Shown here one piece after another: positions 41,540 to 54,727 of a DNA stretch of 64,000 nucleotides. Within the stretch, counting starts at the first letter, position 1. The number at the start of each line of letters is the position of its first letter. The notes beneath the pieces are model-generated. The model was not told where the DNA came from. It saw only the letters and a program-made list of their open reading frames with translations, and ran no database searches. This stretch comes from Octopus vulgaris (Eukaryota). The stretch lies in NCBI GenBank assembly GCA_951406725.2, contig OX597832.1, forward strand, positions 46,500,001 through 46,564,000, written 5' to 3'. Made by a program: the position numbers and the translations under genes.

Positions 41540-41625
41540 TTGGCTGATGAGTACTCAGCATTTTAAATCTCTTGTAATACTTACAACATTTAATAAAATG
41601 ATGTAGTACGAAACGATCGTACCAA
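41540..41625 (+). ncRNA. canonical type I hammerhead ribozyme (Penelope-type, long stem II, palindromic stem III)
   Basis: UUGG CUGAUGA GUACU..AGUAC GAAAC GAUC GUA CCAA; predicted cleavage after 41621. Confidence 0.88.
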
Positions 41626-41659
41626 ATTACCGGAGACATTCTTGTTGCTTATTTTGATT

Positions 41660-41713
<54 letters not shown>

Positions 41714-41944
41714 ACGCAATAGTGACCAGGGTGCTTCATTCTAATGTCCTGTGTGACACGTAAAAATAGCTTTGTTATATGAAAATCATCTGTTACACGC
41801 ACCCGAACTGCTAGATCATGTGATTGCACCCTACCTAATATTCCTCCGATATCCTTTGGAGAGTTCTTTTCAATGTAAATAACGCAGTTCTAATCGCGTT
41901 ATGTTGTGAATCAAAATTACTTTCTAGTGTATTTACTGCTGCAG

Positions 41945-42347
41945 TTTGTTTGTTTGCTGGTTGAGTGAAGCGGTCTTCGTCCTAGAGCTCGCAAGATCGC
42001 GCCTCAGGATTGTAGTAGAAGTCCGAAACGTGGTCCTTTGCTATTCGTAAGTCCCGCAGAATCGAAAGCAGGTCAACCTCCGACACCGAGAGCATCGGCG
42101 GATGGATGAGTACGCATCCAGGCTCGGCGGTTGTGTAGGAAGTCGGGGACAAGAAACAGGAAGAAAGAGTGAGAGAAAGTTGGAGTGAAAGTGTACAATA
42201 CGGGTCGCCACAACCCTCTGCCAGTGCCTCGTGGAGCTTTAGGTGTTTTCGTTCAATAAACACACACAACGCCCAGTCTGGGAATCGAAACCGCGATCCT
42301 CTGACCGCAAGTCCGCTGCCCTAACCACTGGGCCATTGCGCCTCCAC
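41945..42347 (-). mobile_element. SINE family C with tail type 3, (AAAC)n end
   Basis: Same head and body as other C copies, unrelated 3' 200 bp. Confidence 0.88.
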
Positions 42348-42480
42348 TACTACAGCAGTCGCTGCTAATTACTGTTTGATAACACCGCCGCCTATGTTCC
42401 ACAGCAGAACGTGAAGAAAAGACATTGGTCTTCTATATTTCGTTGTCGGGGATTCGCCTGTTATCGCGCTGCCGGATATC

Positions 42481-42523
42481 TGTCACTGAAGAAACATAGT
42501 AGGTTGAAACACGCGATCTGACA
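42481..42523 (+). ncRNA. type I hammerhead ribozyme at the apex of a long rod
   Basis: UGUCA CUGAAGA AAC auaguag GUU GAAAC ACGCG AUC UGACA. Confidence 0.75.
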
Positions 42524-42942
42524 ATTCCAGCGGCCATAGCAGACAAATCTCGACTGTCAACGATACGAGTTTGTGTGCTTTTATGCGTCACGTATCCCTA
42601 TGATCGACCTCCTTAAGGCAACTTACGCAGTATTCTCTGTACTGCAATAATTGGATATCAAGATCTTCATTCGGTAATTATACTGCTTGTGTCACTGTGA
42701 TTGGGGTGCAGACTCTTACCACTCAGCCACAACTGTGGGCACGTGTGCGATAGAGTATGTAAAACAACACCAACAATGAAATATAGGCTAATAGGAGGAA
42801 AGACAATCTAGCTATTAAGAATAATTAAACATTACAGGGTACGTATTATAAATATAATGCCGATTTATTTCACAGAGAACACATACACGTAAAGTATACA
42901 CACAGTCTATATACATAAATACATCTATATATATTCACAATT

Positions 42943-43003
<61 letters not shown>

Positions 43004-43399
43004 GCAATTACTATATATGGGTGCTTGTGCATATGTGTGTGCGTGCGCAGGAATTTAATGTTGATTATATCAACATGTTTTCTTTAGTTTCATCCGTATA
43101 ATTAATCATGAATGCAGATTACAATTCTCACAGACAAACGATTCATTTCCTCCGTATTGTCTTCTTTTCATTTTCTGTGTAGAAGAATCCATTATCACAT
43201 TATATTCTATTCGAGAAGATTTTTCTCTTGTCTATTCATATAATAATTGAAATATATTTAGATATTCTCACTACCAATTTCCATATTTGTAGTCATTCCA
43301 TATCTACTTCAATGTTTATGTATGTGAGTATGTGTGCGCGCGTGTGTCTGTGTGTGCGTGCGTGCGTCTGTGTCCATGTGTATGTATTATGTACGTGCT

Positions 43400-43449
<50 letters not shown>

Positions 43450-43477
43450 GTATGTATATATATACTTTATTTAAAAT

Positions 43478-43553
43478 CAGCAAAAATATCACAAAAACTG
43501 TTACTCAGGGTTTCACATCCCTTTGATTGAACAGTTTTGTGATATTTTTGCTG
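43478..43553 (-). repeat. ~24-bp inverted repeat enclosing a degenerate HHR
   Basis: CAGCAAAAATATCACAAAAACTGT / ACAGTTTTGTGATATTTTTGCTG; minus-strand interior UCAAUCA..GU GAAAC CCUGA GUA. Confidence 0.6.
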
Positions 43554-43637
43554 CTTCTTAATAAAGCATATTACTCTACCTCTCATATCTGAGTACTATT
43601 TTGTCCACCCCCTTTCGCATTTACGTGATTACTCAGT

Positions 43638-43692
<55 letters not shown>

Positions 43693-43748
43693 TTAACGCT
43701 GTGGACGCAGCCGGAGTGAATGGTACTGCCCGGGTGTCGGAACTAAAC

Positions 43749-43832
<84 letters not shown>

Positions 43833-44592
43833 CTCGAAACTGGACACCAATTGCAAAGCATTGTCCAAGCCTAATTAAACTACGTGTGACAAACAAGAAA
43901 AGGAAAAACATTTAACAATTTCCACTAACTATGAATCCACAAACACTTTACTCTTTACAAGAATGAAGAACAACTCAGAGTAGCGAGACTAAAATATAAG
44001 ACATTCACAACTCAGCAAAATATATGTGTATTCCAATCATCAGCTGCCCAAATTATATTAGTTTAGTTTCGACACCCAAGCAGTACCACTCACACCAGCT
44101 GAGTCTGCGCAGCTTTAAAAATATAAGCACTGCCAGAAAATGATACTTCTCCAATGCACTTACAAATTTTGGGTTTGGGAATCAAAGAACCTACCACCCA
44201 GGCACAATTGATAATATATATATATATATAATTATTTGACGGAATATAAATGCTAACTTACAAGGAAAAATTCAATTTAGAATTACTAAATCGAATTACA
44301 CACAATATAATAGATATAAAAAAAACCCCAGCGTTTATCAATTCAAAATGAACAATCAAATTACACCACCTAGAAAATTATATAGAATAGAAATATTAAA
44401 CTTAATATAACAATAATATACCGATGATTAAGTAAATTGCAAATAAATAATAAAAACGTATATAATAATTTTATAATTATATCCAGAATTGTAACAAAGG
44501 ATTGGCTTTACGCCTCACCACTCATTGTAGAAATAGACGCTAAATGCCCAGTTACCACTTTAAAATCTCCAAGAATAATACACTATAATACA

Positions 44593-44820
44593 GGCGGTGA
44601 GCTGGCAGAATCGTTAGCACGCCGGGCGAAATGCTTTGCGGTATTTCGTCCGCCGCTGCGTTCTGAGTTCAAATTCAGCCGAGGTGGACTTTGCCTTTCA
44701 TCTTTTCGGGGTCGATAAATTAAGTACCAGTTACACACTGGGTCGTTGTAATCGACTTGATTCGTTTGTCTATCTTTGTTTGTTCCTTCTATGTTTAGCC
44801 CCTTGTGGATAATAAGAAAA
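44593..44820 (+). mobile_element. SINE family B monomer
   Basis: Head plus one body unit. Confidence 0.9.
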
Positions 44821-45019
44821 CATATAATATAAGCGAGCAAAAGAAAAATAATGAATCGATAAGTTTTCGGTTAGCCGCTTACAAGATCATGTTTCAAGCT
44901 TAAAGTAAAGAAAAAGTACCTACTGCTCTTGTTATAACTATGGATATAATTATAAAATATTTTGTCAAATTTACCTACGAGGTTTTTATTTCCGCGCTGA
45001 CCCTTACTCTTTATTATAA

Positions 45020-45074
<55 letters not shown>

Positions 45075-45084
45075 CTTTGGAAAT

Positions 45085-45640
45085 ATGCTGTGCTTGAGAA
45101 GACTCGGCAAGTAAAGTGATACCATAACCTCGTGACCTATGCCAGGGGTGTAACCAGCTCATTTATGCGTTCCTTTCCTTCACTGGACAGTAAACTCTGT
45201 TTGCGAAGACCTATTGAGGCAAGTGAAATCGAAATCGAAATCAAATTCGATGACTGGCATCCGTACTAGTGGAGCGCTGAGAGCAACATTCGAGCGTGAT
45301 CATTACCTATGTCGCCTTACTGAAACTTGTCCAGGTGGAACGCGAAAAAAACATTCGATCGAGGTCATTGCCAGTGCCACTGGACTGGCTCCTGTGCAGG
45401 TGGCACATAAAAAGCAACATTTGAGCGTGGCCGTTGCCAGTACCGCCTAACTGGCCATCGTGCCGGTGGCACATAAAAGCACTTACTATATTCTCAGAGT
45501 GGTTGGTGTTCGGAAGGGCATCCAACTGTAGGAACTCTGCCAGATCGGACTGGAGCCTGGTGCAGCCATCTGGTTCGCAAGACCTCAGATAAGTTCCTCC
45601 AACACATGCTAGCATGGAAATCGAACGTTAAATGATGATT
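45085..45640 (+). mobile_element. RTE-related non-autonomous retroelement
   Basis: GGAAGGGCATCCAACTGTAG..CATGGAAATCGAACGTTAAATGATGAT 3' end of RTE type; internal GGTGGCACATAAAA duplication. Confidence 0.6.
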
Positions 45641-46178
45641 TTATATATATATATGTGTGTGTGAGAGAGAGAGAGAGATGTATGTGTATATTTGTGTGTG
45701 TGTGTGTCTGAATGTGTGTAAAAGAGAGGGAGTGTGTGTGTGTCCGTGAGCATGTGTGTATGTGTGTGTGCGTGTGTGTATGTCTGTGTGTGTTTGTGTG
45801 TAGATTTATGATTGATCCCAAATGAATGGAAATTTGCCTTTTGATGTGTTAAGTATAAAGAAACCTGGTGGCAAATTTCTGCATGTTTAAAAGATACAAG
45901 GGAGAGGTTATCACAGGAATTACTAAATTTACAATACAGGAAATTAAATTTCTCTGCTTCCGGTATATAATTTTTCTATGCTGTCTGTACTGGTTCTATT
46001 TTACTGGTCAGGTGCAAGAAACATCTCACCTCCAATAAGAAGAAATATATGCTTGCTCTAAGCACAATTGTTTAAGTTTCTGCGGAAGTAATTTATAATT
46101 TCTTGTAATAAGTATTTTAGTTTTGTTGAAAATCGCTTTACAATTACAACTGTCTTTTATATACCTTTGCATTTAACG

Positions 46179-46266
<88 letters not shown>

Positions 46267-46426
46267 ACATACATATATATATATACACATATACATACAT
46301 ATACATATATACATATTTAAACATATATATATACGTATTTATACATACATATACATATATACATATTTAAACATATATATATACGTATTTATACATAGAT
46401 ATATATACATATATATACATATATAG

Positions 46427-46479
<53 letters not shown>

Positions 46480-46646
46480 TAGATAGATAGATAGATAGAT
46501 ATATACATATATAAACCAGAAAATAAGGAATGTGTAATGGCTTGCAGTATATATATATATATGCATATATATTTATGTATATATCTCTGTATATATATAT
46601 ATGTGTGTGTGTGTGTATGTGTGTGTATGTGCGTGTGCATATGTAT

Positions 46647-46692
<46 letters not shown>

Positions 46693-47196
46693 ACTCTCAC
46701 TATGCGTATAATTGTATAAGTAAGACTGTGTTGTGCATTTAGTGTCGACGCACCTATTTAAAAGAGGTAAGCTGATGAGTTAATTGTTTAATACATAATA
46801 TATAACGGGATGATATTACATAGTATTCAACACGAATCTTTACTAGACTAGACATGTTTTGTAAAGACTCGTAATATCCGGCCATGTCACTGTTAAGGTG
46901 TGGTGTTAATCACAAATGAGTCGTTTTAATTAATGTGTTTATCCTCTATACAGATGGGTGCGGAACTTGCATAAAAAAAGTCTGCAGGATTCAGTGCATT
47001 GTTGAAGAAGAAATGCTAAATATTTATAGCTCATGTTGCATTCGTGACGCATATGCTTACAAATGTATTAAAGAAGATATGTCGTCGGTAAATTGACAGA
47101 ACCATTTGCTCGACGTTAAAACGACTTGCGGTATTTAGTCGCGTTGCTTTGCAGAGTGTGTTCAGCTCTGTCGTCTGTTTGATTTGTTATGAGTAT

Positions 47197-47658
47197 TACT
47201 CTTTTACTCTTTTATACTTGTTTCAGTCATTTGACTGCGGCCATGCTGGAGCACCGCCTTTAGTCGAGCAAATCGACCCCAGGACTTATTCTTTGTGAGC
47301 CCAGTACTTATTCTATCGGTCTCTTTTTTGCCGAACCGCTAGGTGACGGAGATATAAACACACCAGCATCGGTTGTCAAGCAATGCTAGGGGAACAAACA
47401 CAGACACACAAATACACTCATACATACATATATATATATATATATATACATATATACGACGGGCTTCTTTCAGTTTCCATATACCAAATCCACTCACAAG
47501 GCATTGGTCGGCCCGGGGCTAGAGCAGAAGACACTTGCCCAAGATGCCACGCAGTGGGACTGAACCCGGAACCATGTGGCTGGTTAGCAAGCTACTTACC
47601 ACACAGCCACTCCTGCGCCTATAGCCACTCCTGCGCCTATAGCCACTCCTGCGCCTAT
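47197..47658 (-). mobile_element. SINE family A with triplicated 5' end
   Basis: Full copy; AGCCACTCCTGCGCCTAT x3 at 47605-47658. Confidence 0.92.
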
Positions 47659-47992
47659 TGAAGAGAAGAAATAAAATGCTAGTCCAATAGTGTAATAAAT
47701 TTAGTCGACTGTATCCTAATCTTTGAATTGTTTGTTAGAAAGTAATCATGTTATTGATAAATTGTCAGAGAAAATAAAATTGTGGTGTTTAGTTAAGTGC
47801 CTTTAAACACTCGAGTTCTAATGCTCCTGGGCGTGAAAACTTTTAATTTTCACGATTCAGGAGTTATCAAAATAAAAAACCATACGAACAGGGAAGCCAA
47901 ACATTCCTGTCGCAAATGGCTGATACATACATACAGTGGACACATATACAAAAGTACCCAGTCACAGACACACACACATACATACATACATG

Positions 47993-48024
<32 letters not shown>

Positions 48025-48049
48025 CATACATACATGCATGCATACATAC

Positions 48050-48110
<61 letters not shown>

Positions 48111-49228
48111 GGTGATGTGTGTGCCGGTGTGGGACCAGTAAACGTATTCCATGCATCGAAAGAATGACAATCAAATTGAATCCCTATTTCACTTCACCGA
48201 TAAAATTTATTTATCACACAACTGGGGGCAATATAATCTGTCCTATTTTCTGCATTACCGAGAGAAAGTAGGACAGACAGAATTTGTTGTTTTTTTTCTT
48301 TTTCTTTAATACATATACCAACGATACAACACAATGAATGATAGAAAATAGGGACATGCAACAATTACAGGCCAATCCCCCACCAGAAATTAATGAAGGA
48401 AAGCAAATACAAGAGCCAGTAGAATTGTGATGGTGAGGTAGGTAAACTTGTTAGTGTTAGATTTAATGTTGATTATTTCTCCATTATAAGAAACAAGAAA
48501 ACAATTAAATCCTCAATCTAATCAGTTGAAAGCTATTCGTTCCGATCTGTATTAATTCATTCCGGATGTATGAAGCTATGGAGAGATTAGTAAATTAATG
48601 TAGTTAAATACTTTCTTTCTCCCATCCTCTACTTTTACTTTCGCTCTTTCTCTTTGTCTGTCTATCTGCCTCTCTCTCTTTCTCTCACACCTTCTCTCTC
48701 TTTCACTCTCACTCTCTCTCTCTCTCTCTTTGTCTCTCTCTCTCTCTCTCTCTTTACTTATGTGACTGTCCCCGAGTGCCTTTATATAAATTATTTTTAC
48801 ATTGTTTCCATTACATCAAATTGAACACCGCAATGGCCTTCATTTGACAGCATATCAACCACATTGTCCTACAATTACAGTTGACATTCAGTACCACGAC
48901 ACTACATACTGTGACTTTCAATTGGTCCAGTTTTGTTAACATTCAGTAGATGAATAAGGTTCTCTTTCGGTTTCGAGATTTAATATCTAGGTTTGTTGTT
49001 TTTTAACGATATTTTGCTAAAATATCGGGTTACTTATTTACTGTGTTATATCTCTGACTCGCTGCAAAATTTCTATTTCGCCTTTGGTACGGAAAGTGTG
49101 ATGTGATCCTTGATTGACTAGTTGTGTGATCTCTTGTCTTGCAGATTCTCGTTGTTCTATGTAATACCCTGTAAGAGCATTAGGAGTCGATGGCAGATAA
49201 TATTTTCTATTATAGTCACACGGCCTGA

Positions 49229-49765
49229 CCTTTTCGGGTACTTAATTTATTGACCTCGAAAGGATGAATGACAAAGTCGACCTCGGCGGAATTTGAACTC
49301 AGAACGCAGAGGCAGAAGAAATACCTATTCTTTACTACCCACAAGGGGCTAAACACAGAGAGGACGAACAAGGACAGACTGATTAAGGACAAACTGATTA
49401 AGGACAACCTGATTAGGTCGATCATATCGACCCCAGTGCGTAATTGGTACTTAATTTATCGACCTCGAAATGATGAAAGGCAAAGTCGACCTCGGCGGAA
49501 TTTCAACTCAGAACGCAGCGGCATACGAAATACCTATTTCTTTACTACCCACAAGGGGCTAAATACAGAGTGGTCAAACAAGGACAGACAAACGGATTAA
49601 GTCGATTATATCAACTCCAGTGCGTAACTGGTACTTATTTAATCGACCCCGAAAGCATGAAAGGCAAAGTCGACTTCGGCGGAATTTGAACTCAGAACGC
49701 AGAGGCAGACGAAATACCGCTAAGCATTTCGCCCAGCGTGCTAACGATTCTGCCAGCTCGCCACC
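49229..49765 (-). mobile_element. SINE family B, head + 3 tandem units
   Basis: GAAATACC|TATT junctions at ~49326 and ~49534. Confidence 0.9.
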
Positions 49766-50088
49766 TTTCGACGGCAGATAATCGTGTATGTTGCCTGTCA
49801 TCTAAAACCCCGCTTCCACCAAGAAGCCATTTCAAAACACTGCATCATAAAACGGAGAAGAAAACTTGGTAAGAAAACATTAGTGGACAACACACCTGTA
49901 CTTTACAGAATTTCATTTCAAATATGAAACTCAAGATGACGATAACAACTATAACTCAGGATGGTGCTTCAATAAACATACAGACAACATTTACTGATTT
50001 CATATAGTTCAAGTTGTGGATTTGGGACAAGGAACAATGTACAACCGTAAGATGATCTATAAATCTTATGGTGAAATATATATATACA

Positions 50089-50171
<83 letters not shown>

Positions 50172-50258
50172 GTATATATATACATAATATATATATTATA
50201 TATTTATATATATATTATATATATATACATATATATTATATATATATTTATGTGTATA

Positions 50259-50319
<61 letters not shown>

Positions 50320-50356
50320 ACATATATATGTGTATATATATACATATATATGTGTA

Positions 50357-50394
<38 letters not shown>

Positions 50395-51317
50395 TATATA
50401 AATATAACACATATATATAAATATATACACATATATATACAGATATATATAAACATATATATACACACATGTATATATACATATATATACACACATATAT
50501 ATACACATACACACACACACATATATATATATGTGTGTGTACGACGGGCTTCTTCCTGTTTCTCTCTACCAAATCTGCTCACAGGACTTTGCTTGGTTCG
50601 AAGCTATAGTAGAAGGCACTCGCCCAGGATGCCATGTAGTGTGACTGAACCCAGAAAGGTGGTGGGGATGCAAACTTCTTACGACACACCCACCCGTGTA
50701 AGTATTTATGTTCGTATGTATGTATTTATATATGTATGTACGTACGTACATGAGCATGTTCGTACACACATACAAACACACAAACAAACAATAAGAAAGA
50801 AACCCAGTCAAAAACAAACGCACTTTACATATATAAAACATACATAACATTATTCCTAATATTTGTAATACATTGTTAAAGGATTATTTCATTGTTCTTT
50901 ATATCGATTATCACGAAACAGTTTAACCGTCGGAAATTATAAAGGTCTCTAGACGTTATTTGAATTCTCTTAGAATCATTCTTAAAAGTACATAACGAAT
51001 ATAATATACCTCCAAGGTGGAATTTCATAAAAATTCTGTGAAGCAATCACTCTTTGTGAGGATTTTCAATTAGATATTTCCTAAAATGTATTAATTAATT
51101 ATATGCTTCTCGATTTTTACCTTTGTATTGGATATACACGTGTCCATGTGTGTGGGGCGAGGGGGTGCGTGAAGCACGTTGTGGATTTATGTGCATATTT
51201 ACCTTGGAGTGGGTGGGTGAATAAATTTTGACAAAATAGATTGAGGCAAATATGTAAAAATTCAGGTGAATATGCACGCACACATACACACACACACACA
51301 CATATATAAACGTGTGT

Positions 51318-51394
<77 letters not shown>

Positions 51395-51398
51395 TAGG

Positions 51399-51430
<32 letters not shown>

Positions 51431-51433
51431 TAC

Positions 51434-51576
<143 letters not shown>

Positions 51577-51699
51577 TAAATTAGAGATAAAACCACTATT
51601 AGGCAAATCAAACAGTGAAAGGCATAAATCAAAACATAAAAATAAATATAATTAATATAATATACAAAATAAATAAAATATAAAATTTAAAATTCAAAT

Positions 51700-52010
51700 A
51701 AAGAAGAAAGAAAAGTCGATAGATATGATAGGCTAGCTTGAGAGGTTAAGCGGTTGTGGTCGCTGAGAAAGGTGGTAGCAGTACCAATAATTGTCAAAGC
51801 CCTGTGGACAGTGAGTAAAAATCTTGAGAAGTACATGGAACAAATAGGGGCTCCAATAAGAATGGAGCACTTGCAGAAAACAGCACTGCTTGGAACCGTT
51901 CTAATACTCCGGATGCTGTTCGAGAAATAAGGGATGTTACGTTAGTTCAGTTGATACCGTAGTACATCTCCAGCGTTAGAACTTGTGCAAGGACAATAAA
52001 ATAATAATAA
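51700..52010 (+). mobile_element. R4/Dong-like REL retrotransposon 3' fragment
   Basis: 51700-51930 translates KEERKVDRYDRLA*EVKRLWSLRKVVAVPIIVKALWTVSKNLEKYMEQIGAPIRMEHLQKTALLGTVLILRMLFEK*; ends in (AAT)n. Confidence 0.85.
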
Positions 52011-52014
52011 AATC

Positions 52015-52395
52015 AACCCCAAGAGCACTCAGAGAACGCAAACCTCTGTCAAGGCAATACCAGCGTCCTCTTAACGATTAGGCAGAGAGGATTTTTAATA
52101 TAAGACTTTCTAAAATAAACTCGACTGCTCTCACGAACGAGAATACTAAAAATGAATCCGATCGCCCTGAATAGTTCAGTAAAAAGAAACCCTGAAAGAT
52201 ATTCAACAATCCTTGTCCGGTACCGGGTCGATCCCCAAATCTAATCAGTTTGTGCTAATCACGAGGCCAAACTTCCTTGAGAGTGTAATCTGAATCCACC
52301 CAGCGGTTCTTGGGATATCTTGTCCACGGACAAACACATAAAACAAAGACGAGTGAAAACAATACCTCCGCCTTTGCTAAGGCGGAGGTAATAAT
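52015..52395 (-). mobile_element. HINE/DINE-1-like (Helentron-associated) non-autonomous element
   Basis: 12-bp hairpin TACCTCCGCCTT-tgct-AAGGCGGAGGTA at one end; subterminal ACCTCTGTC copy and small GCACT..GCGC-type stem-loop at the other. Confidence 0.6.
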
Positions 52396-52525
52396 AGTAA
52401 AGGCGACAGTCACGTTATAATACACTCCGAACTCTTACAAACATGTACACTGGTCTGCTGCATGATAGAATAGAGAAAGGAGTGGTATGCTGCAACATAT
52501 GTACACTGCAACTGGGTTCTTTGTA

Positions 52526-52668
52526 CAGGGGTGGCTGTGTGGTAAGTAGCTTGCTTACCAGCCACATGGTTCCGGGTTCATTTCCAATGCGTGGCACCTT
52601 GGGCAAGTGTCTTCTACTTGTAAATGGATTTGGTAGACGGAAACTGAAAGAAGCCCGTCGTATATAGG

Positions 52669-52744
<76 letters not shown>

Positions 52745-52973
52745 TGTGTATATGTTTGTGCGACTGTGTTTGTCCCCCGCAACATCGCATGACGACCGAT
52801 GCTGCTGTGTATACGTCACCGTAACTTAGCGGTTCGGCAAAAGTGACAGTTAGAATAAGTACTAGGTTTCCTAAGAATAAGTCCTGTGGTCGATTTGCTT
52901 GACTAAAAGGCGGTGCTCCAGAATGGCCGCAGTCAAATGACTGAAACAAGTAAAAGATTAAAGAATAAAAGAG
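52526..52973 (+). mobile_element. SINE family A
   Basis: Full copy. Confidence 0.9.
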
Positions 52974-53276
52974 ATTATTAGTGTTTTAATGTTATATACC
53001 TACACTATACTAGACTAAAATTTAATAAAGTCCCTGTGTTTCGCAATTAGAAATTCTGCGAACTACCTACATACCATAATGTTGATGTGGACTTACGTTT
53101 GTGAGAAGAACTAAATAACATATTTTCCGAGTTGCAAAGGCAAGTTAACGTAAATTCGCCCAATTCTTGACCAATTTCCACATGACCATGAGGCGAAATA
53201 GTTCATTGTTTTGATTACAACTTGCAATACATTACGTTTTTCAAATGATAGTGCACGCGGACCATCTGGTGATTTG

Positions 53277-53321
<45 letters not shown>

Positions 53322-53336
53322 TTATTTATTTATATG

Positions 53337-53405
<69 letters not shown>

Positions 53406-53407
53406 TA

Positions 53408-53612
53408 AAGTTAATCCAAACATGAAAACACAAAGAGAAAACACCCAACAACGTGAGGACGTTGAACAAATATAGTATTATTGGACGCTCAGGAAGGAAG
53501 GGAAGAAGGAGGGCTCAACGTTTCGAACGGAGCTCGTCGTCAGAAACATAGGAAAAGGAAAGATCCAGAGAAGGGAAGACGGAGGAAAAAAATCGCCAAC
53601 GGTACACACGGT
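53408..53612 (-). mobile_element. Penelope-like pLTR fragment, family P2 (HHR 53513-53547)
   Basis: Minus strand GUUU CUGACGA C GAGC ucc GUUC GAAAC GU U GAGC. Confidence 0.7.
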
Positions 53613-53742
53613 ATATACATATATATAGTTAAACTTTGTATATATATATATATATATATATCAAAACATACAGAAAGACAGATAGATAGATAGATATGTA
53701 ACTATCTATTTCTTCTCTCTTTTTCAGTCTAAATATATATAG

Positions 53743-53798
<56 letters not shown>

Positions 53799-54135
53799 CT
53801 TAGCAAATGTATAGACTTGCGTTCATTCAAATTGAAACATAGAGCAACACACGAATGCAGACGCAGAAAGATGTTTGTCCTGTGACACAATGTGTCTGCT
53901 ACAAATTTAATAACACGTCTGCACTGGATTGTCTTGACTGCCAGACCATTCAATCACTTTAAACAATTAATGCCACATTGCCAAGCACAGTTTACTTGCA
54001 ATTCGATTAAACCACGAAATGAATTGATATATCTTTCAATACATCTTTTAACTGTTTATGTACTTTAAGCAAATTTCACCATGCATGGTGCAAACTTTCA
54101 AATGTATATGTATATATACAAACATACATACATAC

Positions 54136-54181
<46 letters not shown>

Positions 54182-54239
54182 ATATATATATATACATATA
54201 TATATATACATATATATATATACATATATACATATATAT

Positions 54240-54296
<57 letters not shown>

Positions 54297-54311
54297 CAAG
54301 GAAGAGAGAGA

Positions 54312-54522
<211 letters not shown>

Positions 54523-54599
54523 CTTTAAAATGTATTAACGTATTATGTACAACAGAAGCAATGAACTCAACAGATGGAAGAACTCAGCGCATGAAGAAG

Positions 54600-54727
54600 A
54601 TTTTATAACAAACTTATATTGCTTCAGAATTCAAAGCAATTACATGAATAGCTTTTTTCCTGCCGTCTTTTTTTTTTGGAATATTTCTAATACAAAGACT
54701 GGTGATTGTCCATTCCGAAGACTTTGA
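54600..54727 (+). mobile_element. possible non-LTR ORF2 C-terminal remnant
   Basis: YMNSFFPAVFFFWN resembles the YxNSFFPxxxxxWN LINE motif. Confidence 0.4.

Noticed and set aside
46770-46870. CUGAUGA followed by AT-rich sequence
   Set aside because: No GAAA or closing stems
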